DNA of 62,489 bases, counting the filler, from Chiloscyllium plagiosum (Eukaryota), in the NCBI RefSeq assembly GCF_004010195.1. It is 4 parts of one record of this genome, joined end to end, with 100 filler letters (N's around TTAATTAATTAA, not from the genome) between each part and the next. Parts side by side here need not be neighbours in the genome. Positions count along the whole stretch, not along the records: positions 40,102 to 54,786 come from NC_057713.1; positions 54,887 to 62,489 come from NC_057713.1; 2 more parts are not named here. The stretch is one strand, 5' to 3'. The notes beneath the pieces were generated by a model. That model saw nothing but the letters and a program-made list of their open reading frames with translations. It was not told the DNA's origin and did not search any database. The position numbers and the translations under genes were made by a program. Numbering within the stretch: position 1 is the stretch's first letter; each line of letters begins with the position of its first letter. Of the stretch, positions 51,984 to 62,489 are shown piece after piece.

Positions 51984-52853
51984 TTATCTACTTTAGTTCC
52001 TTGGTCGATGCTTTTATTCACTGAGTGTTGAATGCTGTTCACTAGAGAGAATGCCACATCTTTATTTTGTCAAACATTTTCATTGTCCCTTGTCACTTTA
52101 AAATTCAGTCATTCTGAAATATCTGCAAATAAGCAATCTACACTGGTAGGGTCTGACATGTATAATTTCTTCCAGTGATTTGTTTTGGTCCTTCTATGAT
52201 TCGTTCTGTTTTTTTCGAAGGATTTTCTACTGCCAATCATATTTTTGCCTTGAGAGTGACAACAGCAAATTGCTGGTAGCATTTTGTTTTATCTTTATTT
52301 TTCAATGAGGACCCTGCTGACAGAGCCAATGTTTATTACCTACCTTTGGAGACATGACTAAGTTCATTGACAAGTTACTTCAGACTTAAGTGTGAACCAT
52401 TTTGATCTGGGATTGGAATTGCATATAACCCCAAAGTTGTTTTTTTTCCCCTAAAACACTTTAGTGAACCAGTTGGGTTTTACAAAAATCCAACAGCTTC
52501 ATTTTACTTTTTTACAAGTTACATTTTGACGGACAGGCTTTCTTTGGTGTCTGACTCTTCCTCAGTTACCTTGTTCTTCTGTACCTCTGTATAATGTTTC
52601 ATTCATCTTTCCAGCTGTTGATGATGACCTCCTTCAATTTTATTTTCAGTGGAGTTGTTTTCTTTGCCGATTAATCTTTTTGATCCTTTCAAACATTCTT
52701 CTAGTATTTCCTGTGTCAAAGATAATCTGGACCTTCTAGAAAATCAAAGCAAGACAAAATACATTGGTGTTCCGCCCAGAAATCTATTTGACTTTAATTC
52801 AAGCAGTTGTGTAGTGCATCTAGAACCTTCTCAGTTGGTTATTCATCATGAGA

Positions 52854-52994
52854 AAGTGAGGACTGCAGATGCTGGAGTTCAGATTTCTGATGGCATTCCT
52901 GATGAAGGGCTTTTGTCCGAAACATCGACTCTCCTGCTCCTCGGATGCTGCCTGACCTGCTGTCCTTTTCCAGCACCACACTTTTTAACACTAC
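52854..52994 (+). mobile_element. Penelope-derived short insertion with hammerhead core, 11-bp TSD
   Basis: CTGATGA(52899-52905) A GGGC TTTT GTCC GAAA CA TC. Inverted terminal piece at the 5' side. TSD tcatcatgaga at 52843-52853 and 52995-53005. Confidence 0.85.
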
Positions 52995-53639
52995 TCATCA
53001 TGAGAGTAGATGTAAGGACAGGTTCCATCACAGTGATTCTAACCTAAAAGCAGTCAGCAATTTTCCACCCTTGCTTCTGAAATGCTGAGAGTTTGGTATT
53101 GTAAATCATGCCTCAAAGTATGAGAGAAAGAGCAGATCTAAAAATGGGAATAAGAACCCAAGGCTCATATGGAATATAAACACTGACATAGATAATTTGG
53201 GTTGAATTAGCTGTTCCTGCTCTGTAGACGCCATGTAATTATAGTGAAGGATAGGAATGTAGATTTCTCAAATTAAACAGCTGTTATTTAGGTTTCAGCA
53301 AGATAATTTATCCATGCTCGTTTTTTCTATGTAATGGGCAAAATTGACCTAACAAAATAGTTTAGATGGGTTTCTACAACATTTTAATTCCTTTTAGCAA
53401 CTCAGCAGTTGTCATTTCAGTTATATTAAGAATCTACAAAATAGACTAGAATCAGTCTATTTCATTTGTTGAGTCCATTATATTTTCTGGTCTCTAGAAT
53501 TAATACTAAGCAAGATGAAATTCTCTTACATAATTTTATTTTCAGATGCCAATCCAGATATTGCTAAGTTTGTCCTGAAGGTATTTGAATCACGGTGTCT
53601 GACAGTAATCCACAACCATTTCTGAACTGTTGTTTTATA

Positions 53640-54240
53640 GAGACACACAGAACAAAAACAATGAAGTTATGCTGAACTCTTTTAATCAATGGGTAAGCCT
53701 GAGTAGTTAGTATTGTGTTCAGTTCTCTGCATTACACCCTGGGAATGATGTGAAGGCTATGAAGAAGGTACGGACAATATTTACTAGAATAGGATCCGCA
53801 ATGGAAATTCCAGTTATGTGGCATGATTTGAGTAGCTGGGCTAGTTCTCCTGAAAGGAGAGAAATGTAAGGAGGAGATTTGATGGAGATAATTAAAATCA
53901 TGAGTTTAGATACAGTAACTAAGGACAACAATTTTTCCGATGGTGGAAATATTATCAACAAAAAACAGATATTTAAGGTAGTTGGCAAAAGAACCAGCGA
54001 TGACATGAGGAACTCTTCCACATAAAAGCAAGATGTGATCTGGAAAGCATTGCCCGAAAGGAATGTAGAAGCAGATTCAAAACTAATGTTTAAAAAGAAT
54101 TGTACAGTTACATGAAGGGAAGATATTTACAAGGCTGTGGGGAAAGGGCAGGGAACTGGAAATAATTAGATAGCTCAAGCAAAGAGTTGGTGTGGAATTA
54201 ATGGACTGAAGGGCCTTCTTTGCTCCGTCATCCTGCAATT
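53640..54240 (+). mobile_element. Old CR1 3' relic
   Basis: tattgtgttcagttctctgc..gatgtgaaggct..aggagatttgatggag..tggaaagcattgcccgaaagg. Confidence 0.7.
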
Positions 54241-54559
54241 CAATAAATAGTTGACTTGTGCTAGTTACCCATTCAGCAAGCAATCATGTAATAACAGATT
54301 AATTTGCAAATCGTGACCCAACATGTCTTCAGAATAAATTATTTTAGCAAAGATAGATAACAATCTGTCCCATGTCAGGGAACAGAAAGCACACTTTACT
54401 CGATATTGTATCCTTAACCCAAGAAGCAGTCAGAAGAGTATACTCAAAATAATTTGAAAACGATATCCCCAATATATTTTAATGAATGTTTTTGTTTTAT
54501 TAGGACAGGACTGTAACAACAATTGCTTCGACCGATGTAACTTGTTTAATGAAACTTTT

Positions 54560-54786
54560 AGGAGAAAGTGAGGCCTGCAGATGCTGGAGATCAGAGCTGA
54601 AAATGTGTTGCTGTAAAAGCGCAGCAGGTCAGGCAGCATCCAAGGAGCAGGAGAGTCGACGTTTCGGGCATGAGCCCTTCTTCAGGAATGAGGAAAGTGT
54701 GTCCAGCAGGCTAAGATAAAAGGTAGAGAGGAGGGACTTGGGGGAGGGGCATTGGAAATGCAATAGATGGAAGGAGGTTAAGGTGA
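54560..54786 (-). mobile_element. Penelope pseudo-LTR end, abutting a gap
   Basis: Homologous to 60195-60325. Contains an intact hammerhead core. Confidence 0.85.
54655..54689 (-). ncRNA. Minimal type-I hammerhead ribozyme motif (best-preserved copy)
   Basis: Minus strand reads auuc CUGAAGA A GGGC ucau GCCC GAAA CG UC ga: perfect stem II and palindromic ACGU stem III. Confidence 0.75.
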
Positions 54787-54886
54787 NNNNNNNNNNNNNN
54801 NNNNNNNNNNNNNNNNNNNNNNNNNNNNNNTTAATTAATTAANNNNNNNNNNNNNNNNNNNNNNNNNNNNNNNNNNNNNNNNNNNN
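54787..54886. other. Assembly gap with synthetic linker
   Basis: N44-TTAATTAATTAA-N44. Confidence 0.95.
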
Positions 54887-55057
54887 ATTGTACTCTATGC
54901 TACTCTCTCCCCACCCCCACCCTCCTCTAGCTTATCTCTCCACGCTTCAGGCTCTCTGCCTTTATTCCTGATGAAGGGCTTTTGCCCGAAATGTCGATTT
55001 TGCCTGTCCTCGGATGCTGCCTGAATTGCTGTGCTCTTCCAGCACCACTGATCCAGA
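54887..55057 (+). mobile_element. Penelope pseudo-LTR end with hammerhead core
   Basis: CTGATGA(54968-54974) A GGGC TTTT GCCC GAAA TG TC GA. Confidence 0.85.
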
Positions 55058-55590
55058 ACACCAGGTTATAGTCCAACAGGTTTATTTGGAAGCACGAGCT
55101 TTCGGAGCGCTGCTCTTTCATCAGGTAGCTGTGGAGTAAGATCATAAGACACAGAATTTATGGCAAAAAATTATAGCGTCATGTAACTGAAACAATTTGT
55201 TGAACAAACCTAGATTGCCTGTTCATCTTTCAGCTTTCAGAATGGGTTACAAGTTCCGGTCCTTTAAAATTTAAATCCCAGAACTTCTCTCAAGTCACAC
55301 TCTCAAGATAACTGAAGATTTTATTAAAAAAAGGTAACCAAAACCTGCAACCCATTCTAAAAGATGAAAGACTTAGCAGCAATATAGGTTTGTTCAATAA
55401 ATCGTTTCAACTGCATGACACTGCGATCCTTTGCTATAAATTCTGTGTCTTATGATCCTACTCCACAGCTACTTGATGAAGGAGCAGCACTCCAAACACT
55501 AGTACTTCCAAATAAACTTGTTGGACTATAACCTGGTCTTGTGTGATTTTGAACTTTATCTACCCCAGTCCAACACCAGCACCTCCACAT
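55058..55590. mobile_element. Penelope-derived fold-back element, same family as 44913-45208
   Basis: Inverted arms at about 55058-55256 and 55340-55540 with an ~85-nt spacer. Hammerhead cores at about 55095-55125(-) and 55473-55503(+, damaged). Confidence 0.85.
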
Positions 55591-56114
55591 AATAAACACT
55601 AGCCTTCCCAACAACATCAACATCCTGCAAACAATGTTTTTATGGTTCTAGACTGGGGCATGAACACACAACCTTCTAACTCAGAGGAAAGAGCACTCAC
55701 AATGATCCAAGCCTGATACCTGGATAGTATCTGGGAATCATGTCAATGTGAGGTTTTTATGTTGTACTAACTACCTTCTAGGTTACATATTTTCAGTTAA
55801 AGGTGCAGCACACTGTGTTTACAAAGTACTTGCAGATGGTTCATCTTGCCCTGTAAATTCAGCATTATTGGTCTAATTTTTCATGTTAGTGTTCAGGTAT
55901 AGTGGACTTTTATGGCAGGAACATCCATGGGCTTGCTTTTTTCATGACAGTTAGTCCAATATAGTAACATAATCACGGGTAGTATAGAAAAAAACAACAG
56001 GAAAACTCTTACTTCCAGACCCTGAGAATGTGCACCTGAGTCTAAGGCAAAAATTCCCACAGCTTCCTGAAAAGAAGCATCATCTTGTTGGACCTCAATG
56101 ATACTTGACAAGAG

Positions 56115-56402
56115 GACGTGATAGCCTATTGGTATGATAGCTAGAGATGCAGGTAATGTTCTGGGAGCTTGGGTTCAAATCCTATCATGGCAGATGATGG
56201 AATTTGAATTCAATTTAAAAACAAAGAGCCAACAGATGACCATGAAACCATTGTTGATTGCCAGGAAAAAAACAATGTGGCTCACTAATGTTCTTTAGGA
56301 AAGGAAACTGCCATCCTTACTGGCCTATGTGTGACTGCAGACCCACAACAATGTGATTAACTACCTCTGGGCAATTAGCAATGGACAATAAATGCTGGCC
56401 TC
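56115..56402 (+). mobile_element. tRNA-derived SINE (family B)
   Basis: gggttcaaatcc B-box. Body and tail homologous to 3271-3605. Confidence 0.8.
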
Positions 56403-56991
56403 ATTCAAGTTTGCAGCTCAGAGCTGTTATTATTTTCAAACTTTCTGTGCAATTTTAAACTGTGTTTCTCAGCAAAGTTTTATTTGACAAATGAATGGAA
56501 CAGACCTGAGGACGATCTTGCTAAAAATTAACATTCAGGGAAGAATCCTTCATGCAACCCATACACATACTGGTGTTTCAGCAGTCGGCACTAATTACTG
56601 TCCTGTAGGCTTTATGTTCTTGTTCACGTGATCTGTCCTAAAGTAGCACAGTCAAAAGTCTGAGTATGACAAACTTCTCCCAACAGTTCATTTGAAGAAA
56701 AAGTGTGTTTGCACAGGCATTATATCTTTATAGTACTATAGTATTACCCAAGGGGACAGGGCAGGGTTGTGTGAGCCCTTATGGACCAGATACTGTTGGT
56801 TTTCCCCAATGTCCATGTTGTGAAGGAGATGCATGATCATGTTTAACTGTCTCTTTGCTCAGCTGAAACTGGCTCAGGAGTTGAGGGAAGGAAGAAAGGT
56901 AAAGTGTGGAATTCCTATGATCTGTTAGCATTTTAGCATTCCTGATTTTTCATATATATGAAGTGCCTGCCCACATCAACCATTTACATAA

Positions 56992-57092
56992 ATTCAGAAG
57001 TAGAGTTGTGCCAGACTCAAAATGTTAACTTTGTTTCTCATTCCTCCGATGCTGCCAGACCTACTGAGTTTCTCCAGCTTTCTCTGTGTTTG
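56992..57092 (+). mobile_element. Degenerate Penelope-derived terminal fragment
   Basis: gactcaaaatgttaact..gatgctgccagacctactgagtttctccagc is homologous to 22155-22250. Confidence 0.55.
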
Positions 57093-57384
57093 CATGCAAA
57101 TCTGGGTCGTTTTTATATCAAAAGGGCCCGAAAACCAAAACCGCTCCCCTCGATCCCACAGAGGAAGTGTGCAGTCTCCCTTCTTAACTTTGATTGCCCT
57201 GGAACTATCAATGCATGTGCATGGAATCCATAACACTGCATTCACAACATACCTCCAGACAGGGGAATTTCCATGTATTGCTACAAAATCGAAGTGCCTA
57301 TATTAGCTTAAAAAGACTGCAGTATCTTTTTGGCTGCTGCCTATCGTTATGGGGGCTGTGCATGGGAGATGGTGTGATGGAATC

Positions 57385-57690
57385 AGGAAACCATCAGGGA
57401 AAAGCTGTCCAATTCTACAGATTGGCAGGATTCCCACAGATCCAAGGAGTATCTCACTGAGTGTGTGGGAGGCTCAAAGCACATTGTGAAAAGCTGCTGA
57501 GTACCATGAGCAAGCCATCAGTTAATTCATGTTCAGTTGGTGTGTGATATACAATCATTTTATATTGAGCATTAAATCCACTCTCTGGGAATCTATCTTG
57601 ACGCTTTCATTAAATGATAATTTAGCAAATGTGACCAAACCATTGCAGCAAGATGTTTGATTAGAGATTGCTGATATCCCTTACAACTTC
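57385..57690 (+). pseudogene. PIF/Harbinger transposase catalytic-core relic
   Basis: FYRLAGFPQIQG, IHVQLVCD, LGIYLDAFI and LIRDC*YPL occur in order. They match the HARBI1 motifs FP.V.GAIDCTH, NVQLVCD, PGS.HD.FI and LLGD.GYPL. Confidence 0.8.
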
Positions 57691-58109
57691 AGTAAGATTT
57701 CTACAGGCAAAGAGGACCCCAAATATATGAGGTCCATGTCAGTGCAAGAAGACTGTCAGTATTTTGCAGTCTGGTTTCTCAATGCTTGGGTAAATCTAAT
57801 ACAGGAATACTATGGCTCTACATAAACTTTTGTTCCTCATCAAACATGAAAATTACATTAACAATGAAGTGCACTTAAACATCTGAATTCATTTTGTAGC
57901 TTAGCACATTCAAACAGCCTGGGCAATTCTGATTGGGTTGTTGTGTGGCATATCTGAGGGGTCACAGAACACATCCTTGGGGTTCCTCCAGTCTACTTGG
58001 GTCCAGAGACCAGAAGTTCTGGGCCTATATTTATTTTTTAAACAAATGAGGGATTTTAAATTGTTCCATCAAATGTACAGAACAAGGAACTAATTGTAAT
58101 GCAAATCTA

Positions 58110-58285
58110 TATTCCAGTGTGTCCCATATTCTGCTGTGTTGTTTTCAAAAGGAAATTAGATGGTTATTTGAAAAGGAACAATGTGCAGGGTGACGGGGAG
58201 AGAGCAGGAGAATTGTGCTAAGTGAGCTGCTCGTTTGGAGAGCCAGCAGAGACATGGCAGGCTAAACGGTATTCTTCTGTGCTGA
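58110..58285 (+). mobile_element. CR1 3' tail relic
   Basis: ttcaaaaggaaattagatggttatttg..aatgtgcaggg..agagccagca. Confidence 0.6.
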
Positions 58286-59432
58286 AAAAATTCTGGAAGC
58301 TGTCATGCCTCTCTGTGGCACGATTTCTAACCCCAGGCATCTCTTGCCTTGCCTCTGATGGCAATTGAAAATTCTCCCTGTGGTACTCTCGAAGGAGATG
58401 GCAACGCATAGCAAGAGGGAGATGACAACAATGGCAGGATTTCCAACATTGCTTTGTCATCTCTGTGAGGAAGGGGTCCCTGATATTTAAGGTTGACATT
58501 TGAAGGAAGATGCCAGAGGCTTAGCCTCAGCTTAGCCTCTGTCCATTACACATCCTTCCATCATTTATCATTCTATTTAGTCACACAAATACATAATAAT
58601 TTTCCTCAAAAGGCAGCACCATGTCAACTACTGTAGTGAAGGCCACCTGGTCACTAATTGCAGCCAGGAGCTGGTTGCAGGTATGGGAGCAGAGACTGAG
58701 CTAGGACTCACTGTACAGGCTTGAGTCTCACAGGAAAAATCATCAATCAATCTCATCCTGGTAAATAGTAGCCTATGGCTGCGGGTGAGTCTGATAGAAG
58801 ACAGATAGAAGTCTGAGTAATGAACTGCATCAAGGTAGAAAGCTCAGGAAAAGCAAGGTGCCCCTGACTGAAGGATCATTTTGCATCTGATGAATGCAGG
58901 AATCATTATATCCAGAATCCATTGCTGTCATTGCATTAATTATTATTAGATTGCTCACTGTAGACTTTTGCTGTGATTGGAAATTTTGAAATCTAAAATT
59001 CTCCTTCGCTGAAAGGCTCTAGATACCATATAAATGGGAACTTTCAAAGACGAGAGCAATAATTCTTTGTTAGGTAAGGGATATGGAGCAAAGATGGATA
59101 AATTGAGATGAGGTGCGGATTGACCATGATCTAACTGAATGGCAGATCAGGCTTGAGAAGCTGGAATGATCATGGGTCAAATGTACATGTTACAACGGCC
59201 TGGATCTTCTGCACAGTGGCATTCATCATCGAATTACCACTCAGGGCAAACTTTTCCTGACCCCAATGTTGCTCTGTATTTCTTGCCATTGAGTCTGCCT
59301 TCTTCAAAAGTATAGAACTCAATATTAATCAAAGAGCTCCATTAGAGTGCCATAACACAGGGGGAATAGCTAAACGCATCCCTTTTCATGTTGCTAGCTA
59401 CCATGCCGTAAGCTGAAAGGTTCAGCATGAAC

Positions 59433-59528
59433 GAATGAGTGTGTGGATGAATGAGTGTGTGGAGGAATGAATGTGTGGATGAATGAGTGTGTGGATGCAT
59501 GAGTGTGTGGATAAATGAGTGTGTGGAA
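59433..59528. repeat. 16-bp tandem repeat GAATGAGTGTGTGGAT x6
   Basis: Visible directly. Confidence 0.95.
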
Positions 59529-60194
59529 GAATTAGGAAATTGTTAAGTGATTTATAAGTGGTAGATGGTAAAGTGGATAGTCTGGGAGCTACTCAGGACT
59601 GGTCGAGAAAGGTAGTTGGGTTTTCTGGGATTAGAATGATCGGAGGTGATTAGAATGATTGGATTGGATGAAAGGGTCGCAATTGGGTAATGATGTATTG
59701 ATCAGCGAGTTAAGAAATAGTTGGGTAGTTGGAGGGCTAGCCTTTTAGAGGATCATTAGCTGTGCTGAGAGAGCTTAAAAACAGATTGGGAGAGTCAGTT
59801 TTGTTGTTACCAAGGAGCTAGACTTGCTTTCAATTTGTCTAATGTCTCCAAGATGATTATCTAGCAAACTAACACAGCAGTGTTCAAAGTCATTGACTCC
59901 CGAGTTAGATCTTTGCGGAGGATCTTGAGGAGCAGGGGAATTGCCCTCAGAAGTTTCAACTACCTGCATAAATCTCATGAGGGTCAGCATGTCGGAACCT
60001 CTTTGGGGTCTCAACACGCATCATGGGTTATGCGCCTGGTCTCGGAAAATCTGGAAACAAAATGATCTGTCCAATATATTATAAATCATTTGTGCCCTTG
60101 GTTTGATTGGTACTGTGCTCCCCTATTAAGGCCAACCTCAGAAAAGTGTATCACACACAAGGAAAACTGATGTAATGGTAACTTTGCAGCATGT

Positions 60195-60325
60195 AGGAGA
60201 AAGTGAGGGCTGCAGATGCTGGAGATCAGACTCGAGAGTGTGGTGCTAGAAAAGCACAGCAGGTCAGGCAGCATACGAGGAGCAGGAGAATCGACATTTC
60301 GAGCATAAGCCCTTCCTCAGAGATG
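60195..60325 (-). mobile_element. Penelope-derived short insertion with hammerhead core, ~11-bp TSD
   Basis: Minus strand reads CUGAGGA A GGGC uuau GCUC GAAA UG UC ga (60289-60320). Flanks ttgcagcatgt (60184-60194) and ttgcagcgtgt (60326-60336). Confidence 0.85.
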
Positions 60326-61589
60326 TTGCAGCGTGTGTAAATCTCCAAAAGGAACACTTGTGGGACATTTGTTATGAGAAAAATCAACCCTGTAGAACAT
60401 CATTTAACTAGGACAGTGGTATTCTGTAAATAGTTCTTAAGCTGCCTGTAGTCCCCACTTGTTTCCTGTGTCTTTTCATTGTCTTTTTCTCTAGCCAACC
60501 CTCTCATTCATTGACCCATCTTTTTGCTACTTTCCTTGATGACCCTCAGAACTATAGTCCGTCTCACTCCATTGCTTGCTTCCTCCCACTCACCATTAAT
60601 ATGCTGAGCCCTCACACATAGTGAGGAACAGGGCACTCAAAAGGCAGGTTGACAAATGGGAAGGTGGTGCTATTGGATGGTTTGGCAATTTGGGGGGAGG
60701 GTCAAGGTGTGGATCCGGGGAAAGGTGATGGAAAGTAGAAAGGATTAGTAATTTATTAGGAGTTTGTGAATTATTTAGAGTCAGCAAGGAGATTCTTGGG
60801 CCAGATAGGTTCAAGGCAGCCATAAGTTTTTGAATTTACAAATTTCAATTCAAGAATGTAACCCATCCTTATTATATGGTTGCTTATGGGAAAGTAATTT
60901 GGCATGAGTTAGTTTGGCATTTTTAGGAAGATGTTAGGGGAGCTAAATAGGGGATAACTGTAAATAATTAAATAGGAGAATATATAATAGTTATCGTTAA
61001 AATGCTAAAGATTATCATTCATTGTCAAAGGTTAAGAAAATGAAGTACTACAGCTAATACCAGTGAATGGAACAAGGTAAATTGGAGAAGCTATGCTCAA
61101 TGTATATTGAACTTTGAGTAGATCACAATTAGGACTTCTGTATGGTCATTAATACATTCTACTAACTTTTTGAAGAAATAAATCACAAAGAAGTTTTAAG
61201 TACTTGTTCAAATTCTACTTGTGGCTCGAGTAAAATTTTCTAATATCCCAACTAGGCCTCACTATTTTCTTAGTGATCACCACTGAACTAGGAATCAAAT
61301 AAGTAGTTGAAAAGAAGCATGGATCTTAAATATGGAAATGGACTCAAGAAGGTGCCCTGGCTTGCTGTATCACTGCTTCCTGAATTTCTGTTGGATCTAG
61401 GCTGGATGGTGTTGGAATGAAGTCCCAGGTATTGTTTCATTATTTTTCCACCTTGGTGCAATCTACTCCCTCAAATACTCCTTTGGGCTTATATCAAGAC
61501 AGCCCAGGTGTAGAGAAAGAACATGGAAATGAAAGAAATGGCATATCCCCACTGTATTTCCTACCATGCACATAGTCAAAGTGTAAATT

Positions 61590-62489
61590 GAGCAGTATGT
61601 CAATAATCCGACGAGGGAAGGGGCCATATTGGACCTGGTACTGGGGAATGAGCCAGGACAGATGGTAGAAGTTGCGGGGGGGGGAGGGGATTTCTTTGGG
61701 AACAGTGACCATAATTCCGTAAGTTTTAGAATACTCATAGATAAAGAAGAGAGTGGTCCTAAGGGAAGAGTACTAAACTGGGCGAAGGCCAATTATATCA
61801 AAATTCGGCAGGAGCTGGGAAATGTGGATTGGACGCAGCTATTTGAAGGGAAGTCCACATTTGAGATGTGGGAGGCTTTCAACGATAGGTTGTGCAGTGC
61901 AGGATAGGCATGTCCCGTTGAAGGCAAAGGATAGGAAGGGCAGGATTCGTGAACAGTGGATGACAGGAGAAATTGTATGACTAGCCAAGAGGAAAAGGGA
62001 AAAGGGTCTAGGCAGATAAGAACAGAACGGGCCCTGGAGGAATATCAGAAGAGTAGGACAAGTCTTAAACAAGGAATCAAGCGGGCTAAAAGGGATCATG
62101 AAATAGCTTTAGCAAACAGAATTAAGGAAAATCCCAAAGCATTTTATTCTTATATAAGAAGCAAGCAGGTAACTAAAGAAAGGATTGGTCCACTAAATGA
62201 TAATGAAGGAAGGCTGTGTGTCGAACCTGAGAGAATGGGTGAGATTCTGAATGATTACTTTGCATCAGTGTTCACTGAGGAGAGGAACATGATGAATGTT
62301 GAGATTAGAGATAGAAGTTTGATTAGTCTGGATCACGTTGGCATAATTAGGGAAGATGCATTGGGTATGCTAGAGGTTTTTAAGGTGGACAAATCCCCAG
62401 AACCAGATGGGATCTATCCCAGGTTGCTGAGGGAGGCGAGAGGGGAAATAGCTGGGGCCCTGACAGATATCTTTGTGGCATCCTTAAAT
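61590..62489 (+). mobile_element. CR1 LINE ORF2 (end of APE endonuclease and linker), runs off window
   Basis: PTREGAILDLVLGNEP..GNSDHNSVSF, NPKAFYSYI, LNDYFASVF, KSPEPDGIYPRLL. Confidence 0.93.

Larger units (their letters stand above)
15023..62489 (-). other. ITGA9: Probable last intron of ITGA9 (upstream TM exon not found in window)
   Basis: Acceptor at 15023-15025. Manual scan found no exon resembling VVFEALHNLEPRGYVVGWIIAISLLVGILIFLLLAVLLWK. It could lie in an N gap. Confidence 0.6.

Noticed and set aside
55893..56111. ORF with a good GTAAGA donor near 56010
   Set aside because: No resemblance to ITGA9 or any protein I recognise in any frame.

Overview
Repeat-rich eukaryotic genomic DNA, almost certainly from a shark (inferred from HE1-type V-SINEs and abundant CR1, L2, Penelope and Harbinger relics). 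The only host gene I can recognise is the last coding exon of integrin alpha-9 (ITGA9), on the minus strand at 14924-15022 (MGFFRRRYKEIIEAEKNRKDSEESWDWVQKDQ*). Its 3' UTR runs towards lower coordinates. I could not find the preceding transmembrane exon, so 15023-62489 is probably one intron of at least 47 kb. The rest consists of CR1 LINEs (several young, near-intact RT pieces), tRNA-derived SINEs, L2 and RTE relics, PIF/Harbinger relics (transposase plus Myb/SANT partner), a Penelope RT/GIY-YIG relic, two 27-bp minisatellites and three artificial 100-nt gaps carrying a TTAATTAATTAA linker. The most interesting signal is about ten short Penelope-derived insertions carrying minimal hammerhead-ribozyme cores. 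Several are fold-back inverted repeats with 11-13 bp target-site duplications, including a near-perfect 262-bp palindrome at 44913-45174. I see no convincing novel protein-coding system. Repeat family names come from motif recognition, not database searches, and boundaries of old repeats are approximate.
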